Source: Escherichia coli (GTDB taxonomy: Bacteria > Pseudomonadota > Gammaproteobacteria > Enterobacterales > Enterobacteriaceae). From it: DNA of 64,000 bases. Within the stretch, counting starts at the first letter, position 1; every line of letters begins with the position of its first letter. Shown here in pieces: positions 57,267-64,000 of the stretch. The stretch lies in NCBI RefSeq assembly GCF_009931435.1, contig NZ_CP043414.1, one strand, 5' to 3'. Position numbers and translations under genes: made by a program. The notes under the pieces are model-generated. The model was given only the letters and a program-made list of their open reading frames with translations. It was not told the DNA's origin and made no database searches.

Positions 57267-58477
57267 TACCAACTCCTTTTTCCGCCGACAATCAGCCCCA
57301 GACAAGGCTGATGTCCAAACCAGTAAGCCAGCTCACGCGGATGATTAAGATCCCAAACAGCCATATCCGCCCGTAGTCCCGGCGCAAGTTCACCCCGATC
57401 AACAAGTCCAAGCGCTTTTGCCGCATGACGTGTAACGCCCTGAACGGCTTCCAGCGGGGTCATGTGAAACAGCGTACAGGCCATATTGATCATCAACTGC
57501 AATGACATGTTGGGAGACGTTCCGGGGTTATGATCCGTGGAGATGGCAATCGGCACACCTGCGGCCCGCAGAGCGACAATCGGCGGCAGATGGGTTTCGC
57601 GCAGGAAGTAATAAGCACCGGGAAGCAAAACCGCCACTGTTCCAGCCGCTTTCATGGCGGCGATCCCCGACTCGCTCAGGTACTCCAGATGATCGCAGGA
57701 GAGTGCAGAAAACGCCGCTGCCAGCGCCGCGCCTTGCTGGTCAGAAAGCTGTTCGGCATGCAGTTTTACAGGTAATCCATAGCTTTGCGCTTTACTGAAA
57801 ACGCGCCGTACCTGCTCTGGAGTAAAGGCGATGTTTTCACAAAAAGCATCAACTGCATCAATCAGCCCCTGTTCATGCAACACGCACATCCAGTCGCAAA
57901 GCGCCGTAATGTAATCATCACTGCGCCCGGCAAACTCTGGCGGCAGGCTGTGCGCCCCGAGAAACGTAGACTGAATATGTAACCCGGTAGATTGCTGCAA
58001 GCGGCGGATCACGCGTAAACAACGCGCTTCATCTTCCAGCGTTAAGCCATAACCCGATTTGATTTCAAGCGTACTGACGCCTTCACGTTGCCAGTTTCGC
58101 AGTCGCTGCGCCGCCAGTTCAAACAGCTGTGTTTCGCTGGCTGCCCGCGTGGCATTAACCGTAGATAAGATCCCGCCGCCCGCTCTGGCGATATCTTCAT
58201 AAGCCACGCCTTGCAACCGCATCTCAAACTCGTTCGCCCTCTGGCCGCCATACACCAGATGTGTATGACAATCTACCAGACCGGGTGTCAGCAACTTACC
58301 CTGTAGATCGTGTTCTTCTGTAATATCAGCCGTCAGTTCACGGGGGATCTGCGTGGCCTTCCCAAGCCAGACAATCGAGTCACCGCGGCTGATTAATGCA
58401 CCGTTTTCAATCACCCCCCAATCATTAGCCGAAAGCGTCGTCAGGGTGGTATTTCGCCAGAGCGTAAATGCACTCAT
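57266..58477 (-). CDS. hutI: imidazolonepropionase
   Basis: ORF 57266-58513; start placed at ATG 58477 (MSAFTLWRNTTL) overlapping hutD stop (ATGA); amidohydrolase DCHTHL motif. Confidence 0.85.
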   Translation of the reverse strand: MSAFTLWRNTTLTTLSANDWGVIENGALISRGDSIVWLGKATQIPRELTADITEEHDLQGKLLTPGLVDCHTHLVYGGQRANEFEMRLQGVAYEDIARAGGGILSTVNATRAASETQLFELAAQRLRNWQREGVSTLEIKSGYGLTLEDEARCLRVIRRLQQSTGLHIQSTFLGAHSLPPEFAGRSDDYITALCDWMCVLHEQGLIDAVDAFCENIAFTPEQVRRVFSKAQSYGLPVKLHAEQLSDQQGAALAAAFSALSCDHLEYLSESGIAAMKAAGTVAVLLPGAYYFLRETHLPPIVALRAAGVPIAISTDHNPGTSPNMSLQLMINMACTLFHMTPLEAVQGVTRHAAKALGLVDRGELAPGLRADMAVWDLNHPRELAYWFGHQPCLGLIVGGKRSW

Positions 58478-59064
58478 AAGGATTTTTCCCCTCGTAGATA
58501 ATAAATCCACCAACCCGCCAGCTCGCCGACGGAGACTTTTTGCTGTGGTACGAAACGCCAGGAGTTGCCATCAGGCGCAAACCGCCATAACAACGTATTC
58601 GCCGTTACAAACACCCTGTTCTCGCCGCTTATCCACTCCCCTTCACACAGCGTGAACAGCCCCGCTTGCGCATGCGCCGGAGGGAGCCAGTCAATGACGC
58701 TTTGCACACGACGCATCCCCGCATCGCCTTCCCGCGCCATAATATTCAGATCGCGAACCCCGCCGCCCAGCAGCTGACAATCAGGCATTGCTTCTCCAGG
58801 GAAAATTAAGGCGGGATCGTGACGTTGCAGGTTGATGATCGAATCGGCAAACGTTAGCTTCACCCCTTCCCCGTCGAGGATCGCGAGGCCACGAACCACG
58901 CCAGGCCACGCTGAAAAAGGGCCATCCTGACTGACATTCGCCATACTGATGCGCAACAACCAGTTTTCATCATCGGGCCAGGCAAGCAGCTGTCGGGTAA
59001 ACCCCCCGCCGTTGCGCCACGGTTGCAGCGGCTTATCCATTGCAGAAATCAGCATCGGTTCCAT
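58474..59064 (-). CDS. hutD: HutD-family protein
   Basis: 196 aa ORF with WRNGGGFTRQL, matching the HutD N-terminal signature. Confidence 0.8.
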   Translation of the reverse strand: MEPMLISAMDKPLQPWRNGGGFTRQLLAWPDDENWLLRISMANVSQDGPFSAWPGVVRGLAILDGEGVKLTFADSIINLQRHDPALIFPGEAMPDCQLLGGGVRDLNIMAREGDAGMRRVQSVIDWLPPAHAQAGLFTLCEGEWISGENRVFVTANTLLWRFAPDGNSWRFVPQQKVSVGELAGWWIYYLRGEKSL

Positions 59065-59065
59065 A

Positions 59066-60475
59066 TTAAGACTCGGGATAAATCGTATAAGCAGGAACGC
59101 AGGTGGTGCGTTTGGCCCACGGGTAATAGATAACGGCGGTAATTAACAAGCCGACAATCCAGGAGATATCCGCCCCATCCATCAGGACAGAAATGGGTCC
59201 CTGATACAGTTTTTGATTCAGGAAGGGGATCTGCACCAACACGCCTACGCCATAGCACGTCAAAGCGGTTTTGTTATACGCGCCATAACGCCCTTCCGGG
59301 GTATAAAGCGCTGGAATATCGGTTTTACCTTGTGAGATGAAGTAATAATCGATGAGATTAATGGCACTCCACGGAACAAATACCGTCAACAGTAGCAGAA
59401 CGAAGTTTTTGAAATTATTCAAAAAATCTGCGCTTGCCGCCAGCGCGACGACCATCGACAACAGCACGAACCCTACAACGTAGGCAGCACGAACACGCTG
59501 TGAAACCTGACTGCGATCATTAAAGGCGCTGACGGTCGCCAGAATCGACATAAAGCCACCGTAGGCATTCAAACAGTTCACCGTCAGTTTGCCGCAAACA
59601 ATCACCATATAAATCAGAATGGCGAAGGTGGGTCCGGCTAACTCGCCCATAAAACCAACCTGATCCTTCAGGAAGTTAGCACCACAGGCCGCAACAAGTA
59701 CGCCAAACGTCATGGCACATTGCGCACCAAGCGTGGTTCCCAGAAAGGTGGCAAAGAAGATTGATTTTGCTGGCGTATCAGAGGGTAAATAGCGGGAATA
59801 ATCAGAGGCGTAAGGGGCAAACGTTAATTGCCATCCGGCAGAGAGAGCAATCGTTAATAAAAAGACCGACAGACTAAATGGCTTTTGACCAAATGCCGCA
59901 GCCACATCGTAGTGACCGCTAAGTTGAGTGGCCAGGTAAATAAACCCCAGAATACTTAATATCCCTGCAACACGGCCAACGACGTGAATTAGTTTATAAC
60001 CGACCAATGCGATCATCGCGGTCAGCATGCCGAAAATAATAATTCCGGTCGATGCCGATTCGAAACCAAATATCCGGTTAATCGCCTGACCGGATAATAC
60101 TGTACCCGTCGCGGCAAATCCAAGGTACATAATAATCACCATCAGTAACGGTAGCGCCGCTCCTTTAACGCCAAAGCGGATACGACTGGAGATCATCTGG
60201 GGTAATCCCAGCTTTGCCCCCTGCGACGAGTGCAATGCCATTACTGCACCACCAATAATATTACCGATTAATAAACCAATTATTGCTGACATAGCTTCGG
60301 AGCCAAAAATAATCGCTAACGCGCCGTCCACCACTGCGGTAATTTGTAAGTTAGCACTTAGCCATAAAGTAAACTGACTAGATGGCGCGCCGTGGCGAGC
60401 AGACTCAGGAACGGCGTTAATCGTATTTGATTCTAATACTGGCTTTTTACTGCGGATAGGGCTGCTTGATTCCAT
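59066..60475 (-). CDS. NCS1-family permease (CodB-like)
   Basis: ORF 59066-60520 starts on TTG; start placed at ATG 60475 with AGGAG 8 nt upstream; CodB-like RFGVKGAALP segment. Confidence 0.8.
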   Translation of the reverse strand: MESSSPIRSKKPVLESNTINAVPESARHGAPSSQFTLWLSANLQITAVVDGALAIIFGSEAMSAIIGLLIGNIIGGAVMALHSSQGAKLGLPQMISSRIRFGVKGAALPLLMVIIMYLGFAATGTVLSGQAINRIFGFESASTGIIIFGMLTAMIALVGYKLIHVVGRVAGILSILGFIYLATQLSGHYDVAAAFGQKPFSLSVFLLTIALSAGWQLTFAPYASDYSRYLPSDTPAKSIFFATFLGTTLGAQCAMTFGVLVAACGANFLKDQVGFMGELAGPTFAILIYMVIVCGKLTVNCLNAYGGFMSILATVSAFNDRSQVSQRVRAAYVVGFVLLSMVVALAASADFLNNFKNFVLLLLTVFVPWSAINLIDYYFISQGKTDIPALYTPEGRYGAYNKTALTCYGVGVLVQIPFLNQKLYQGPISVLMDGADISWIVGLLITAVIYYPWAKRTTCVPAYTIYPES

Positions 60476-60638
60476 GAAAAAGTCTCCTGCAAAATGAGAG
60501 GTCATTTTTTGAAACAGCAATAGAGGGTCGGGAGATATTTTTCTCGACGATGTAAAAATATTTTTTGATAATTATTGTTATACAGGCGAATTATTCTCCG
60601 CCTGTATTAGCGCAAATATTAAATGACGGCGTTAATAT

Positions 60639-62336
60639 TTAGCGAATCATCGGTAATTTCAGACCATAGTTTTTGGCACATTCAATTGCCGCTTCATAAC
60701 CCGCATCCGCATGACGCATAACCCCGGACGCACAGTCATTCACCAGCACACGCGCCAGACGTTTTTCGGCTTCTTCGCTACCATCGGCAACAATAACCAT
60801 CCCGGCGTGTTGTGAATACCCCATCCCGACGCCGCCGCCATGATGCAGGGATACCCACGTTGCTCCCCCTGCAGTGTTGAGCAAACCGTTGAGCAACGGC
60901 CAGTCAGAAACCGCATCACTGCCATCAAGCATGCTTTCGGTTTCGCGGTTCGGGCTGGCGACAGAACCGGTATCAAGATGATCGCGCCCAATCACAATCG
61001 GTGCTTTTAGTTCACCGTTGCGCACCATTTCGTTGAATGCCAGCCCCGCCAGGTGACGCTCACCAAGCCCCAGCCAGCAAATACGTGAAGGAAGTCCCTG
61101 GAAGGCAATGCGCTCGCGCGCCATATCCAGCCAGCGATGCGTCAGTACGTTATTGGGGAACAACTCTTTAATTTTGGCATCGGTTTTATAGATATCTTCC
61201 GGGTCGCCAGACAGCGCCACCCAACGGAATGGACCTTTGCCTTCACAAAACATTGGACGAATATAAGCCGGAACAAAGCCCGGGAAATCAAAGGCATTTT
61301 GCAGACCTTCGTTGAAGGCCACCTGGCGGATGTTGTTGCCATAATCGACAACCGGGATCCCCATCGCCTGGAAGTCCAGCATCCCCTGAACATGTGCGAC
61401 GCAGCTCTGTGCCGCTTCTTTTTGCAATCTGGCGTGTTGCTGTGGATCCTGCTGTGCAGCGCGCCATTGTTCTACGCTCCAGCCCATCGGTAGGTAGCCA
61501 TAAACCAGATCGTGAGCGGAAGTCTGGTCGGTTACCAGATCCGGCTTAATCGCCCCCTGATGCGCACGTTTCACCAGCTCAGGAACAATTTCCGCCGCAT
61601 TGCCCAACAGCGCGATTGAAACAGCGTCTTTGCGCTCGGTATGGTATTTAATCAGCGCCAGTGCATCATCAAGATCTTTCGCTTGTTTATCGACATAACG
61701 GGTACGCAGTCGGAAGTCGATGCTACTTTGCTGGCACTCGATATTTAATGAGCACGCCCCCGCCAGAGTCGCCGCCAGCGGTTGTGCGCCACCCATACCA
61801 CCGAGCCCCGCGGTCAGGATCCATTTTCCACTCAGCGAATTGTTGTAGTGCTGACGACCCGCTTCAACAAAGGTTTCGAACGTTCCCTGCACAATGCCCT
61901 GACTACCGATGTAGATCCACGAGCCAGCGGTCATCTGGCCGTACATGAACAGACCTTTACGATCCAGTTCATTGAAATGATCCCAGTTGGCCCATTGCGG
62001 TACCAGGTTAGAGTTGGCAATCAATACGCGCGGCGCATCGGTATGCGTTTTAAACACGCCTACGGGTTTACCGGACTGAACCAGCAGTGACTCATCAGCT
62101 TCCAGATTTTTCAGTGATTCAAGGATCTTGTCAAAACACTCCCAGTTACGTGCCGCACGACCAATACCACCATACACCACCAGATGCTGTGGATTTTCGG
62201 CAACGTCGGGATCAAGGTTGTTCTGCAACATCCGGTAGGCTGCTTCAATTTGCCAGTTTTTGCAGTGCAGCTGCGTACCGTGTGGCGCATGGATTACACG
62301 GCTGGTATCAATACGCGGGTCTGAAGGCTTACTCAT
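60639..62336 (-). CDS. hutU: urocanate hydratase
   Basis: ORF 60639-62435; start placed at ATG 62336 ([12 protein letters not shown]) with AGGAG upstream, 565 aa; long identity runs with remembered HutU ([33 protein letters not shown]). Confidence 0.88.
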   Translation of the reverse strand: MSKPSDPRIDTSRVIHAPHGTQLHCKNWQIEAAYRMLQNNLDPDVAENPQHLVVYGGIGRAARNWECFDKILESLKNLEADESLLVQSGKPVGVFKTHTDAPRVLIANSNLVPQWANWDHFNELDRKGLFMYGQMTAGSWIYIGSQGIVQGTFETFVEAGRQHYNNSLSGKWILTAGLGGMGGAQPLAATLAGACSLNIECQQSSIDFRLRTRYVDKQAKDLDDALALIKYHTERKDAVSIALLGNAAEIVPELVKRAHQGAIKPDLVTDQTSAHDLVYGYLPMGWSVEQWRAAQQDPQQHARLQKEAAQSCVAHVQGMLDFQAMGIPVVDYGNNIRQVAFNEGLQNAFDFPGFVPAYIRPMFCEGKGPFRWVALSGDPEDIYKTDAKIKELFPNNVLTHRWLDMARERIAFQGLPSRICWLGLGERHLAGLAFNEMVRNGELKAPIVIGRDHLDTGSVASPNRETESMLDGSDAVSDWPLLNGLLNTAGGATWVSLHHGGGVGMGYSQHAGMVIVADGSEEAEKRLARVLVNDCASGVMRHADAGYEAAIECAKNYGLKLPMIR

Positions 62337-62402
62337 GAATCTTCTCCTGTTACTTGATAAAATTAAACGCTGTAATCGGTCAGAAAAAACGAACGAATGA
62401 AT

Positions 62403-62419
62403 ATAGAAACGGTTTCTAT
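62403..62419. promoter_or_regulatory. candidate operator palindrome upstream of hutU
   Basis: atagaaac-g-gtttctat, 8-1-8 perfect dyad about 70 bp upstream of hutU start. Confidence 0.3.
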
Positions 62420-62454
62420 AATTCCCGTTTATCATTTTGTATTATTAATTCATT

Positions 62455-62487
62455 TAGTGAATATTGTTTGTCTTGGTATATTCACTA
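62455..62487. promoter_or_regulatory. candidate operator inverted repeat upstream of hutU
   Basis: tagtgaatat-N13-atattcacta, perfect 10-bp arms. Confidence 0.3.
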
Positions 62488-63093
62488 TGAATATAAATTC
62501 AAAACCACCAACGCGTTGTATGCGAATTCAATATGCTTAATTTAACTTGTCGAAAAAGTGATATTGTTGGCAAAATATTTTCTAATTTGAACATATGAAT
62601 ATGATGAGATTGCAAGATGTCAGTAATTTAATTATCTAAGAAATGCGTTAATAACGACCAGATATTAGCGTAACAACAGGTGTTCCGACACCACACAGTG
62701 CGCATAACACAATGATATTTAAAATAAGATCTTCATTATTCGTCATAAAGACATGTTTTATTATCATTAATAATCCATTTGTTTTCATCCCACTTTTGAT
62801 AATTAAAAAACGGCAACAATGGCTAGTTACCCGACGTAAAAATAGGCGTAAAAATAAATCTTAAAATATATCCACTGGAAATTATCATTTTTCATATTTT
62901 ACAATCTGGCGTCGATAACTTACCCCTTTTATAACACCCCCGTTTGTTAATAGTCTTTTTTATCTTGTATTGATCGTCATTGCTGCATACACTACGCGCG
63001 TTTTCTTTCCCTTTTGCTGGCTGCTGACCGGAAAGACAAAATTACCCTCGCAATACAGGGGGTTGATTAACGTCTATATTTCAGGACAGCGTT

Positions 63094-64000
63094 ATGCATC
63101 ATCTTTCAAGGCTTGATAAAGCCTTTCTGCGCAAAGGGATCCAACTTTCCCGCGCCAACAATATTGTTTCATTATGTCGTCCATCAGGAGCCAGTGCCCG
63201 CGTACTGCTGCCGGACGAACTGCCGCTGGAAGAAAAAGCAGTGACACAACTGCTTGATTTTGCAGAAGTGAAGATACCAGGCCATCCAGGTTACGTACGC
63301 CAGACGTGCGCGACGCCAGATTTTCATCCCGGCAATGGCGTCCCCGTTGGCGCGGTGGTGGCCTCAACGCCGGATTTAGTCATTCCCGCCGCCATCGGCA
63401 CCGATATTTCTTGTGGCATGCGGCTGCTGACGACCGGATTAACCCTTGAGCAAGCCGAAGCGAATAAAGAAATAATCACTCAGCGGTTAACACAAGTGTT
63501 ACTGCAGAATGAGCGCGATGTTCCGTTATCCGCACGAGCGTTCACCGCGCTTTTTGATGGCGGACCGGCAGATTGCATGTCGGCCTTGCCATCAGCAGGT
63601 CTCTGGACACGTACAAATATCCCCCGGATGACGCAAGAGATTGACCGCTGCATTGGGCTTAACGAGCATAACAGTCATTCGCGTTATGCCCCCACCTGCC
63701 CTGCTGGCAACGGACCGCGCATTACTCCGCGATCCTTGTCTTGGTACGCCGGGTTCAGGTAATCATTTTATTGAACTTCAGGTCGTTGATAGCGTGGTTG
63801 ATCGCCATGTAGCCTGGCAACAAGGGCTGAAAACAGGCGATATTGTGGTGATGATCCACAGTGGATCGCGAGATGTTGGCTTTTACGTCGGAAGACGCTG
63901 GATGGATCGCGCCCGTGCTGAATGGCCCACCGGACATAAACATCCACAAAGCGGGTTATATGGTCTGGCAGGCGGACTGGCGGAGGAATATCTACAAGCG
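63094..64000 (+). pseudogene. RtcB-family RNA ligase homolog, apparent frameshift, runs off window
   Basis: Frame 1 carries PDFHPGNGVPVGAV and stops at 63762; frame 2 opens at 63632 and carries LGTPGSGNHFIEL and HSGSRDVG; C5 run at 63688-63692 lies in the overlap. Confidence 0.65.

Noticed and set aside
54595-62336. Interpreting the cluster as a canonical Salmonella/Klebsiella-type hutIGC-hutUH histidine utilisation locus
   Set aside because: The lyase lacks the MIO triad, no GntR-type HutC is present, an NCS1 permease and HutD are included, and the locus is next to cydA rather than between gal and bio.
62354-62545. 63 aa ORF in the AT-rich region upstream of hutU
   Set aside because: No ribosome-binding site, highly AT-biased; the region more plausibly holds the hutU promoter and operators.

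Overview
The window is an Escherichia coli-type chromosomal segment in two parts. Positions 1 to about 40.5 kb are a conserved backbone, collinear (reverse orientation) with the K-12 bio, ybh, mod, gal, gpmA, aroG, ybgS, zitB, pnuC, nadA, lysT-type tRNA operon, cpoB-pal-tol, ybgC, ybgE and cydXBA genes. All backbone genes look intact except ybgS, which carries an in-frame TAA 19 codons before the expected stop. Two small proteins missed by the ORF track (acrZ, cydX), seven tRNAs, REP/ERIC repeats and several operator sites are also identifiable. From about 41.2 kb to the window end the content is accessory and, from memory, absent from K-12 (where mngB-mngA-mngR-sucD lie upstream of cydA). It comprises: (i) an AT-rich islet with two ORFs of unknown function; (ii) a nine-gene operon for the cobalamin-dependent methylaspartate route of glutamate fermentation (glutamate mutase S/L/E, methylaspartate ammonia-lyase, a conserved pair of unknown-function proteins, a DAACS transporter, a class I fumarase-like mesaconase candidate, and a second B12 adenosyltransferase); (iii) a LysR regulator; (iv) a hut-like operon (hutU, NCS1 permease, hutD, hutI, hutG) whose first-step enzyme is a HAL-fold protein lacking the MIO-forming Ala-Ser-Gly triad and carrying a signal-peptide-like N-terminus; (v) a frameshifted RtcB-like gene running off the window. 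The most novel candidates are the MIO-less lyase with its hut-like operon and the two-gene AT-rich islet. All calls rest on reading the sequence and remembered family signatures; no database search was run.
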